Source: Magnetococcales bacterium
Lineage (GTDB): Bacteria; Pseudomonadota; Magnetococcia; Magnetococcales; DC0425bin3
Length of the DNA stretch: 64,000 nt
Direction of reading: 5' to 3'
Assembly: GCA_015231175.1 (NCBI GenBank)
Contig: JADGBZ010000012.1
Location: forward strand, 11,509-75,508
In this document: positions 1 to 8,259 of the stretch, piece by piece
Layout of the letters: each line of letters starts with the position of its first letter
How positions within the stretch are numbered: the stretch's first letter is position 1
The notes under the pieces: model-generated
What the model saw: only the letters and a program-made list of their open reading frames with translations
The model's database searches: none
Told to the model about the DNA's origin: nothing
Translations under genes and position numbers: made by a program

Positions 1-41
1 GGATGCCGGAGGGAGCACATCATTTATCGGGAAGGATAGAC

Positions 42-341
42 ATGTATTATGCCATCATGAGTCAGGATGTAGAAAACTCTCTGCCCTTGCGGCGCCAGGC
101 CCGACCGGCGCATTTGGCCCGTCTTGAAGCGTTGTCCCGGGAGGGGCGTTTGTTGCTTGCCGGTCCGTTCCCTGCCATCCCCTCCGAGGATCCGGGCGAA
201 GCAGGTTTTACGGGCAGTCTGGTGGTGGCCGATTTTTCCTCGCTGGCTGCCGCCCAGGCCTGGGCGGATCAGGATCCCTATGTGGCCGCCGGGATTTATA
301 GGCATGTTGTGGTCAAACCCTTCAAAAAAGTCCTTCCCTGA
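42..341 (+). CDS. yciI: YciI family protein
   Basis: ORF 3..341; the internal ATG at 42 gives MYYAIMSQD.... Collinear with E. coli YciI as I recall it ([39 protein letters not shown]). Confidence 0.85.
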   Translation: MYYAIMSQDVENSLPLRRQARPAHLARLEALSREGRLLLAGPFPAIPSEDPGEAGFTGSLVVADFSSLAAAQAWADQDPYVAAGIYRHVVVKPFKKVLP

Positions 342-371
342 AGGTCATATCCCCCAACAGGAGAGCATGTC

Positions 372-944
372 ATGAAAAGAGTACTTGTTCCACTGGCCCA
401 AGGGTGCGAAGAGATGGAGGCTGTCACCCTCATCGACCTGTTCCGCCGGGCAGGCATCGAAGTGGTCTCTGCCGGCTTGGATGACCAACCCGTCAAAGCC
501 AGCCGGGGGGTGGTTCTGCTCCCGGACACCACACTGGATCAGGTGATCGATCAGGAGTTCGATCTGATCGTCCTGCCTGGTGGCCTTCCCGGAACGGAAC
601 GTCTCAACCAGGATCCACGGATCAAATCGCTTCTCCAAAAAATGGCCGCCTCCGGCAAATATGTCGCCGCCATCTGCGCAGCCCCATCTGTCCTGGCCCA
701 TGCAGGGTTGTTGCAAGGTCGCCAAGCCACAGGCTATCCGGGAGTCCTGGAAAAGATGTCCATTCCCTCTCTCTCCATCCTGGACACCCCCGTCGTCACC
801 GACGGAACCATCGTGACCTCCCGCGGTCCGGGAACAGCCCTGGTATTCGCTCTCGACCTGATCGAAAAACTGGCCGGGCTCGACAAGCGGTTGGAAGTGG
901 CCAAAGCCCTGCTTTCCCACCCCCATACCGGACAACCAGCTTGA
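372..944 (+). CDS. DJ-1/PfpI family protein (YajL-like deglycase or chaperone)
   Basis: 190 aa with DJ-1 hallmarks: LVPLAQGCEEMEAV, VLPGG, nucleophile elbow AAICAAP, TSRGPGTA. Confidence 0.85.
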   Translation: MKRVLVPLAQGCEEMEAVTLIDLFRRAGIEVVSAGLDDQPVKASRGVVLLPDTTLDQVIDQEFDLIVLPGGLPGTERLNQDPRIKSLLQKMAASGKYVAAICAAPSVLAHAGLLQGRQATGYPGVLEKMSIPSLSILDTPVVTDGTIVTSRGPGTALVFALDLIEKLAGLDKRLEVAKALLSHPHTGQPA

Positions 945-1107
945 TCTCCTCCAACCCGCCAGACAAGAAAGCGAAGTTGGAGGGAGCCAGACCCCTGGGC
1001 ACTGGTTCGTTGCCGGGTGGTGAGTGGCTACCAAACCGGTAGCAAAAAATTTCATGATATGCCATACTGGAGGGATGTCGTGAATTCACTTTGCAGGGGA
1101 TTTCACC

Positions 1108-2067
1108 GTGAGCAGAATGACAGATGACGAACTCATCGAGGAACTGAAAGCCCGCTTTGACAACACCAAGCAGGCCCTCCATGACGTCAAGATGGTGACA
1201 AAAAAGCTTGAAGTTGTCAATAAAAAGTTGGAAGCGTCCGAGAGGGTCAAAAGCAACTTTGTCTCCCACATGAAAAACGAGATCAACAATCCGTTGACCT
1301 CCATTCTCGGACTCTCCCAACAACTGATGGCCATGGAAACCCCGACGCATGAGATTGTTTCTTCCGTCAGCAGCATGATCCACTCGGAAGCCTTCAACCT
1401 GGACTTTCAGCTGCGAAACATCTTCGCCGCTGCCGAACTGGAGTCTGGAGATACGGAAATCCATGTGTCCGTAGTGGATATTGACACCGTGATCATGGAA
1501 ACCGTGGACTCTTTCGAGCATGTCATCCTCCTCAAACGGCTCTCCGTCGGTTACAACCGGAAGGCCCAGTTCGACGCCAATGAACATCTTCTTTTTAAAA
1601 CCGACGCCGAAAAGCTGCAATTGGTTTTTGCCAACCTCTTTTCCAACGCCATCGAATTCAACCGGGAAGATGGCAGAGTCCACATCGATCTGCATGTCCG
1701 GGATGGCCGTCTCCTGTTATCGGTGACCGATACGGGCATCGGTGTGGACAAGACCCAGCTCAACCGAATCTTCGACCGTTTTGTTCAGTTGGAGTCCGGG
1801 GTGACCAAAACCCACAAGGGCCATGGTCTCGGTCTGAGCATCACCAAGGCGATCATCGACATGCTGGAGGGATCCATCTCCGTCAACAACATCACCTTCT
1901 CCGACGATGACCCCTCCACCCTGGAGAACAGATCGGTAAGACCGCTGAAATCGGGGTGCATCTTTACCATTGCCATCCCGGAAGTGGAAATGGATGTAGA
2001 CGCCGATGCATTTTCGGTCGATGGCAACGAATTTTTCTTCGACGACGAGAAAGTCGAGGCCTTTTGA
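1108..2067 (+). CDS. Cytoplasmic histidine kinase (coiled coil + HisKA + HATPase_c, no sensor or TM domain)
   Basis: H-box SNFVSHMKNEINNPL, N-box NLFSNAIEFN, G1 DTGIGV, G2 GHGLGLSI. GTG start at 1108 lies 7 nt after GGGGA; alternative ATG at 1117. Confidence 0.85.
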   Translation: MSRMTDDELIEELKARFDNTKQALHDVKMVTKKLEVVNKKLEASERVKSNFVSHMKNEINNPLTSILGLSQQLMAMETPTHEIVSSVSSMIHSEAFNLDFQLRNIFAAAELESGDTEIHVSVVDIDTVIMETVDSFEHVILLKRLSVGYNRKAQFDANEHLLFKTDAEKLQLVFANLFSNAIEFNREDGRVHIDLHVRDGRLLLSVTDTGIGVDKTQLNRIFDRFVQLESGVTKTHKGHGLGLSITKAIIDMLEGSISVNNITFSDDDPSTLENRSVRPLKSGCIFTIAIPEVEMDVDADAFSVDGNEFFFDDEKVEAF

Positions 2068-2549
2068 TGGGTTCGGACATCAACCAGCAAAGGAGCAACG
2101 ACCCTTTTCTGTTACCTGGTCAGCTCTTCGCAAAAAAAGGGCAATTCCGGATCACGACGGTGTTGGGATCCTGTATTGCCGTTTGTCTGTGGGATCCGAC
2201 CCTGCGTCTGGGCGGCATGAATCACTTCAAGCTCCCCCTCTGGAACGGCGATGGCCTCCCGTCGCCAAAATTTGGCAACATTGCCATCAGCAAGCTGATC
2301 GAAGGGATGGTCTCCATTGGATGTCGCAAGGCGTCCCTGAAGGCCAAAATATTTGGCGGAGGCGCCGTGTTGCAAAGCGCCAGCGGTCTTCTCAACGTTG
2401 GTGAGCGGAATATCAATGCCGCACGCGATATTTTGCGCGAGCACGGTGTTCCCATCGTGGCGGCAGATGTCGGAGGCACCGTCAGCCGGAAAGTGATCTA
2501 TAATACCTATGAAGGCACTATTCTTCTGAAAAAATCCAGTTCCTCATAG
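2067..2549 (+). CDS. cheD: Chemoreceptor glutamine deamidase CheD
   Basis: In-frame ATG at 2067 within ORF 1956..2549. CheD motifs: ITTVLGSCIAVCLWD, GGMNHFKLP, KIFGGG. The start overlaps the kinase stop (TGATG). Confidence 0.85.
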   Translation: MGSDINQQRSNDPFLLPGQLFAKKGQFRITTVLGSCIAVCLWDPTLRLGGMNHFKLPLWNGDGLPSPKFGNIAISKLIEGMVSIGCRKASLKAKIFGGGAVLQSASGLLNVGERNINAARDILREHGVPIVAADVGGTVSRKVIYNTYEGTILLKKSSSS

Positions 2550-2606
2550 ATGCCTTGTCGGCAGCTGTTCGGCGCTCGTTCACAAAGGACTTTTTGTTGG
2601 TGACAT

Positions 2607-3194
2607 ATGCTCGGCTTCGGCCTGTCGGGGGGCGGATTTCGCCCGGGAGGAGTTCTTTGTTTCGGTGACAGTTTGACCGAGGGATTTGGCGTTGATCGGA
2701 ACGAATCCTATCCCGCGCTTTTGCAGCAACGTCTGCGTGAGCATGGTCATGCTCATCAGGTCATCCAAGCTGGGGTCTCTGGTGAAACCACCGGAGACGC
2801 CCTGGAGCGCCTGCATGTAGGGCTCCGGTCTCGACCTGGGATCGTCATTGTGGCCCTGGGGGCCAACGATGCCTTCCTGGGGATCCCGACCGCCATCATG
2901 GAGAGCAATCTGGCGGAGATCATCCTGGCCTTTCAAAATGCCGGATGTCGTGTCATTCTGGGCGGTTTGTCGATCCCCGCTGTTTTTGGTGTGGTTGATC
3001 CGCAGGGGTTTTCTGCCGTTTTTCCAGCTCTCGCCAAACGCCATGGCGTCGCCTTTGTCCCTGACTTTCTGGCAGGCGTGCCCGGCCAAAGGCGTTACAA
3101 CCTTCTGGATGGCTTCCACCCCAATGGGGCCGGGTATCGCCTGATCATGGAAGGTGTCTGGAATATTCTGCATCCCATGCTGCCACCCGGGTGA
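2607..3194 (+). CDS. SGNH/GDSL hydrolase (TesA-like arylesterase/lysophospholipase)
   Basis: Block I FGDSLTEG, block II AGVSGETT, block III GANDA, block V DGFHPN. Confidence 0.8.
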   Translation: MLGFGLSGGGFRPGGVLCFGDSLTEGFGVDRNESYPALLQQRLREHGHAHQVIQAGVSGETTGDALERLHVGLRSRPGIVIVALGANDAFLGIPTAIMESNLAEIILAFQNAGCRVILGGLSIPAVFGVVDPQGFSAVFPALAKRHGVAFVPDFLAGVPGQRRYNLLDGFHPNGAGYRLIMEGVWNILHPMLPPG

Positions 3195-3296
3195 CTTTTC
3201 CGGCTCGCAACCGTTCATCAGCAGCTGAGGTATGCGGAAAATCCTTGACGGCAAGAGGCAAATGGCTTCAACTTCCTCCCGTTCAGGTGGAACCAA

Positions 3297-5060
3297 ATGG
3301 GACAAAGTAGAACCAGAATGGGAAAAGAACCTACCCCTCTCATCAAGCAAGGCCTCCTCCTGCCACAGGGGGCGGTCGACTTTTTCAAGCTGGCGGAGCA
3401 GATGCCCGATGGTGTCGTGATCCACAAGACAGATCGGGTCTTGTTTGCCAACATTGTCGCAGCCACCATGGCGGGCGAGAGAAGCGGAGATGTCCTCACG
3501 CAACGTCCTTTCCTCGATTTATTCCATCATGACTCCCGCCCAACTGTGGAGAATATGGCCTATGCCTTGCTCCAGGGGCCAGAGCGGTTTCAGCCCAGCG
3601 AAATGAAATGGCTGCGGCGGGGTGCCGGCGTCCTGTCCGTCGAGATTACCATGGCCCGTTGCGAAATCGACCAGGAGTTGGTTCTGATTTCGCTCGTTCG
3701 CGATATCAGCCAGCGCAAGGAGGCCGAAGAGCGCATCCTGCACCAAGCCAACTATGATGCCCTGACCGGGCTGCCCAATCGAGCCTTGTTTCTGGACCGT
3801 CTCCAACACGAGTTGACCCGTGCCAAACGGAGTCGTAGCCGTGTGGCCCTCATGTTCATTGATCTGGACCGGTTCAAATGGGTCAATGATACCCTCGGTC
3901 ATGCTGCCGGTGATCAACTCCTGCGCGAAGCTTCTGCCCGTCTCCTCTCCTGCCATCGGGAATCGGACACCGTCGCTCGTTTGGGGGGTGACGAATTCAC
4001 CGTCATCCTGCCTGACATGGCGCGTGGACCACACGCCGAGCGTGTCGCAGCGCAAATTTTGAAAGTTTTGGCAGAACCCTTTATTCTGTGTGGACAGGAG
4101 GCGTTCATCTCGGGTTCCGTGGGAGTGACCATTTTTCCCGACGATGGGCAGGAACTTGACGAACTGCTGCGCAATGCAGACAGTGCCATGTATTACGCCA
4201 AAAACGATGGGCGCAACGCCTATCGCTTCTTCACGCCGGACATGCAGGCCGAGGCTCTGGAAAAAGTGGCCCTGGAGAAGGATCTTCACCGAGCCATGGA
4301 ACACAACGAGATGGTTGTCCATTACCAGCCCATCGTCGACATCCAGAGCGACCGCATCGTGGGCGCCGAGGGGTTTATGCGCTGGCAGCATCCCAAACGC
4401 GGCTTCGTCTCGCCGGAAATTTTCATCCCCATGGCCGAAGAGATCGGCATCATCGCCACCCTGACGGAGTGGATGCTTCGCACCGGTTGTGCCCAGGCTC
4501 AGCAATGGCGAACTCTGGACCATCATCGCAACTTTTTCATCTCCCTGAACCTCTCCTGTACCCGTTGCCGGGAACTCTCCACGGACGATAAAATTCCCGG
4601 CATTTTACGCGATACCGGCCTGCCTCCCACTGCTCTGGTCCTGGAGATCACCGAGAACATCTTGAGTGAGGACAGGGCCCGCGCCATGGCCATGTTGGAT
4701 CATCTGCGCAAACTGGGCGTCAACCTGTGGCTGGACGATTTCGGCACGGGCTACTCCTCGTTAAGCGTACTCAAACGCCTGCCCGTCAGCGGTGTCAAGA
4801 TTGACCGGGCCTTTGTCCCGGAGGTCACCAACGACCCGGATACAGGGCTGCTCGTCGATGCCATCATGACCCTGGCCAAAAGCCTGAAGCGCAAGGTGAT
4901 TGGCGAGGGGGTCGAAAGCCGCGAACAGAAGGAGTACCTCCGCAGTCGTGGCTGCGACTACGCCCAGGGATACCTCTTCGGTCGCCCGATGTCCCACGAG
5001 GAGTTCGGCAAATTCCTTGAGAAGAACAACGACCGGGGATCTTCATCGGAAAAATCCTGA
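3297..5060 (+). CDS. PAS-GGDEF-EAL c-di-GMP signalling protein
   Basis: PAS-like N-terminus; GGDEF core RLGGDEF preceded by an RxxD site; EAL domain (EGFMRW, EITE, DDFGTGYSS, KIDRAF, EGVE). Confidence 0.9.
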   Translation: MGQSRTRMGKEPTPLIKQGLLLPQGAVDFFKLAEQMPDGVVIHKTDRVLFANIVAATMAGERSGDVLTQRPFLDLFHHDSRPTVENMAYALLQGPERFQPSEMKWLRRGAGVLSVEITMARCEIDQELVLISLVRDISQRKEAEERILHQANYDALTGLPNRALFLDRLQHELTRAKRSRSRVALMFIDLDRFKWVNDTLGHAAGDQLLREASARLLSCHRESDTVARLGGDEFTVILPDMARGPHAERVAAQILKVLAEPFILCGQEAFISGSVGVTIFPDDGQELDELLRNADSAMYYAKNDGRNAYRFFTPDMQAEALEKVALEKDLHRAMEHNEMVVHYQPIVDIQSDRIVGAEGFMRWQHPKRGFVSPEIFIPMAEEIGIIATLTEWMLRTGCAQAQQWRTLDHHRNFFISLNLSCTRCRELSTDDKIPGILRDTGLPPTALVLEITENILSEDRARAMAMLDHLRKLGVNLWLDDFGTGYSSLSVLKRLPVSGVKIDRAFVPEVTNDPDTGLLVDAIMTLAKSLKRKVIGEGVESREQKEYLRSRGCDYAQGYLFGRPMSHEEFGKFLEKNNDRGSSSEKS

Positions 5061-5882
5061 CAAACGGTCGGCGTGTTCCTTCTGACCTGCGTCCAGGGCG
5101 GCGTACAGCTTTTCGTAGGATGCCACGACCGCCTCGCGCAGTTGCAACCACTCCCTGAAAGCCTCGGTGCGCTTTTTGGCCCAATCCACGGAGTTGAGGT
5201 GGATATCAGGAATCGCGGTCAAGGGATTGATCCGGCTGGTAACAAAAGCCGTTGCCGCCTTGCCGAAGGCCTCCCATGGCTCTTTTTGGGCATCTTTGAT
5301 ACCCAGCCACTTTCTGAGATCCTCAAGATAGCGGCGCAACCCCTCTGGACCGTTACCAACAACGCCAATTCCCAGCAGGCCGGTGTCCGTCAAAGGGGAC
5401 CAATCCCCTCCCCCGCCAGCGGCCAACCCACCTGGCGGAGCGACAGGGCCGGCGTAATATCCCGAAGCATGGGCAACGAATCCGGGATCCTGGGCCGGAA
5501 ACGAGGGCCGGGTTGCACCTGACCAGGCGGAGTTGGCCCGGCGGTCGCCAGCCTGTGGTTGGGCCAGGGGGACATGGTCCGCTTCCTGGGATCCCCACAC
5601 AACGCCGCCGGTTCCTCCCTGGTTTTGGTTCCAAGAGGCATTGTTTGGTCTGCGCTGCGCCCAATGGTCCTGTTCCGCCTGGGAGTTGATATACGGTATC
5701 CCCTGCCCCTGATAGGATGAGGGCTGTTCACGATTGACAGAGGAAGAGGCGGACGTGGACCCTTCACTCCCGCCGGGCCACTCCTGGGCGCCAACCGATC
5801 CTGCCGGCCCCGGGGTCAACACGGCCACGCAGCAAAGGACCATCCAGCACGTTTGTCGTCGCAGAATACATCTCATCGTCAT
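5043..5882 (-). CDS. Secreted hypothetical protein (Gly/Pro/Trp/Gln-rich, helical C-terminus with weak CpxP/Spy-like LxxxQ motifs)
   Basis: Hydrophobic signal-like N-terminus (WMVLCCVAVLTPGPAGSVGA). It starts 11 bp after the stop of the J-domain gene. No family recognised. Confidence 0.55.
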   Translation of the reverse strand: MTMRCILRRQTCWMVLCCVAVLTPGPAGSVGAQEWPGGSEGSTSASSSVNREQPSSYQGQGIPYINSQAEQDHWAQRRPNNASWNQNQGGTGGVVWGSQEADHVPLAQPQAGDRRANSAWSGATRPSFPAQDPGFVAHASGYYAGPVAPPGGLAAGGGGDWSPLTDTGLLGIGVVGNGPEGLRRYLEDLRKWLGIKDAQKEPWEAFGKAATAFVTSRINPLTAIPDIHLNSVDWAKKRTEAFREWLQLREAVVASYEKLYAALDAGQKEHADRLSGFFR

Positions 5883-5893
5883 CTCTCCCCGAG

Positions 5894-6211
5894 TCAGGAA
5901 TGTCCCGCCCCTTCACCAAACCTTTTGAGCCACCACTCGTCCATGGGGAGATATTTTTCCACTTCCGAACGGCTGAAAGAGTACCGGTAATGGGCGCAAT
6001 AGGCCTTGATGATGCGGACGGCGTCCAGTATGGCCAGAGTCTTCTCATGACACAAGACGGGATCTTCCTGACCATGGTCCGGGTGCCATTGCATCAACAG
6101 GGCCCGCGAGCGGGTCTCGATCTCATCCAGAGTGGACTCCTCTCCCAGGCCAAGGAGCAAACGGGCCTGGGTGATCTGCTCGTAATAGCCGGGTTTATCC
6201 AGTACACTCAC
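5894..6211 (-). CDS. J-domain (DnaJ-like) protein
   Basis: 105 aa with J-domain helix II/III and an HPD motif (ALLMQWHPDHG). Its start overlaps the stop of the upstream HDOD gene by 4 nt. Confidence 0.75.
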   Translation of the reverse strand: MSVLDKPGYYEQITQARLLLGLGEESTLDEIETRSRALLMQWHPDHGQEDPVLCHEKTLAILDAVRIIKAYCAHYRYSFSRSEVEKYLPMDEWWLKRFGEGAGHS

Positions 6212-7143
6212 GCAATCTCTCTCCTGGCCTGATACAATCTGTCCAGGTCACTGGGGGCCATGCCGAAAAAGGCAAAGATGCCATCTGGAAGGCGTGGAAG
6301 AGGCTGGTCTTCGCTGCGAGCCAGGATCCACTCGGCAAGATTCAGGATACCGCAGAGCGTGGCCGCATGGCGCAAGGCCACCCTGCGGCCCGGCTGTAAA
6401 ATCCCACCTTCCTGGTTGTGATCGCAGATGGCCTGGCAAAATGCCTCCGGCAGACACCACCTTCTGGCCACCAGGGCGCCAGCCAAACCATGATCCGTGC
6501 CGAACAACCGCCACTCCTCGGCGACCCGCATATACCCGAATCTGGTCACTTCCTCCTGGTAGAATACGGCATATTCGGGCAGGCGAAGGCCAAGAGCCAT
6601 CAGGCCACAATCGTGCAGCAAACCCAACGCATAGGCCGTATCAGGTGTCACAGGATGGAGCGCCCCGCCATGGAAGTGAACCGCCAACCGTGGCAGTTCA
6701 CCGGCAAGCCAACCCGCCACCCGGCCCACCTGCACACCACGCTCACAGATCCACGACAAGCCGTTCTCTCCACCCTCTCGGAGAGATTTCCGGATGGGGT
6801 CGCGAAGAATCTGGCGCAGTCTCTCCAATCCCAGGAGCAAAATGCCCTGTTCCACCGAATCCACGCTTCCCCGCAGAGTCCGCGACTCCATGTTGGCACG
6901 TTGGAGAACACACCCGGCCAGGGCAATGTCCTGCCCTGTATCAGTCGTCAAACTGGCCAGATTGGGTGACGGGCCATCGAGAGCATCCCTCACCTTCTGC
7001 CCCATGGAAGATTGGACAGGAATGGAAAGGCCAGTGATCAAATCCCGCGTCCTGCTGGCAATTGTTTTCATGCTCATGGCAGTTCCCGGGTTTGTGTACG
7101 ATCCGCACGCCAATCCTCCCCCACTTTCATGACCACACCTCAT
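6208..7143 (-). CDS. HDOD domain signalling protein
   Basis: HDOD-like motifs (LGLERLRQIL, LGLLHDCGLMALG, FGTDHGLAGALVARRW). Start uncertain; the internal ATG at 7077 is also possible. Confidence 0.75.
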   Translation of the reverse strand: MRCGHESGGGLACGSYTNPGTAMSMKTIASRTRDLITGLSIPVQSSMGQKVRDALDGPSPNLASLTTDTGQDIALAGCVLQRANMESRTLRGSVDSVEQGILLLGLERLRQILRDPIRKSLREGGENGLSWICERGVQVGRVAGWLAGELPRLAVHFHGGALHPVTPDTAYALGLLHDCGLMALGLRLPEYAVFYQEEVTRFGYMRVAEEWRLFGTDHGLAGALVARRWCLPEAFCQAICDHNQEGGILQPGRRVALRHAATLCGILNLAEWILARSEDQPLPRLPDGIFAFFGMAPSDLDRLYQARREIA

Positions 7144-7321
7144 TTCCTTGCCACCCGGAAGCCGAACGGAAAGGATTGTATACTACAATGAACGATGCTA
7201 AAGGAGTACACTGATCTCCCACCATGGATTTGGCAGCGAGAACGGCAACCCACGAAGAGAATCCATGCTGTACCATATGTCTTTAAAAAAATCAAAACGA
7301 TTGTCCAAAGGAGTATGACCC

Positions 7322-8017
7322 ATGGGAAACATACCAATCGGCGCGTTCATGTTCCTCTCATTTTTAGCTTTGTCGATCTCCCCGGATATTTCCTTTGCCG
7401 AAGACAAGACAACCTATTTCCAGGACGTTCCCAATGAAGTCGAATTGTTGCAGGCCTTGGGAAAGATCAGTCCAAAGATCAAATACAGAGGAATCAAGAC
7501 AAGGGCGATCGTCTTCACCGATGAACCACCCGGACATGCGGAAAACACCCCCCAACAACCCAGCCCCTCCTCCCAGGAGGATGCAAGCATTCAAACGAGC
7601 AACCATGAACAAACCCCCTCTGAAGGTGCCCCAGCTCAACGCAAGCATGCCGGGAAACCCCAGCAACAAGCCAGCGGGGAAGCCAGAAAAAAGGTCGCGC
7701 TTGGCCTCTATTTCAACGTAAACTCTGCCGAGTTGACGGAGAAAGCCAGACAATATGCCGACTCCATCGGCAAAATGCTCCATATGAAGCAGGATTTGAC
7801 CATCACTTTGCATGGCCATACAGATGCCACCGGTTCTGATGACATCAATATTCCCCTCTCGGAGAAACGGGCGGAGAGTGTTAAAATTTATGTTGTTAAC
7901 CAATATCATATCGCTCCGGAACGCATCGCCATCGTGGGCAAGGGGGCAACCGAACCCCTCCCCGACACCCCCGGGACGGCAGCCATCAATCGGCGCGTAG
8001 AGATCGTTCCGCAATAA
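7322..8017 (+). CDS. OmpA-family (OmpA_C-like) periplasmic/outer-membrane protein
   Basis: Signal peptide (FMFLSFLALSISPDISFA). C-terminal OmpA-like domain: HGHTDATGSDDINIPLSEKRAESV, NRRVEIV. AAGGAG lies 8-9 nt upstream of the ATG. Confidence 0.8.
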   Translation: MGNIPIGAFMFLSFLALSISPDISFAEDKTTYFQDVPNEVELLQALGKISPKIKYRGIKTRAIVFTDEPPGHAENTPQQPSPSSQEDASIQTSNHEQTPSEGAPAQRKHAGKPQQQASGEARKKVALGLYFNVNSAELTEKARQYADSIGKMLHMKQDLTITLHGHTDATGSDDINIPLSEKRAESVKIYVVNQYHIAPERIAIVGKGATEPLPDTPGTAAINRRVEIVPQ

Positions 8018-8076
8018 ATTCCACCAAGCCTGAATCGTCCCTCTCTGCCCTGTCGCCTGGATAACAAGAGATGAAG

Positions 8077-8257
8077 GTAACTATTCAGCACCCTTGCAAG
8101 AAAAGCCTGGATATGAAAGCCTTTGTCAGGTGCAAGAAAAGCATGGATATGAAAGCCTTTGTCAGGGCTTCGCCCCGAACCCCACCAGGACACTGTCCTG
8201 GACCTGCCAGGGAGCCAGCCCCCTGGATCCCGATTCGTGTCCGGGTGGCATAGTTAC
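8077..8257 (+). mobile_element. MITE-like element copy A (type 1, full length, with internal 36-bp tandem duplication)
   Basis: Ends GTAACTATTCAGCACC ... GGTGGCATAGTTAC. Core GAAAGCCTTTGTCAGGGCTTCGCCCCGAACCCCACCAGG. 8096-8131 is duplicated at 8132-8167. The element ends 2 nt before the lipoprotein ATG. Confidence 0.8.
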
Positions 8258-8259
8258 AG

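Noticed and set aside
5043-5060. Convergent gene-end overlaps (5043-5060, and 19045-19063) as possible antisense regulation.
   Set aside because: Overlaps of 18-19 nt between convergent genes are common in compact genomes, and no additional structure was seen.
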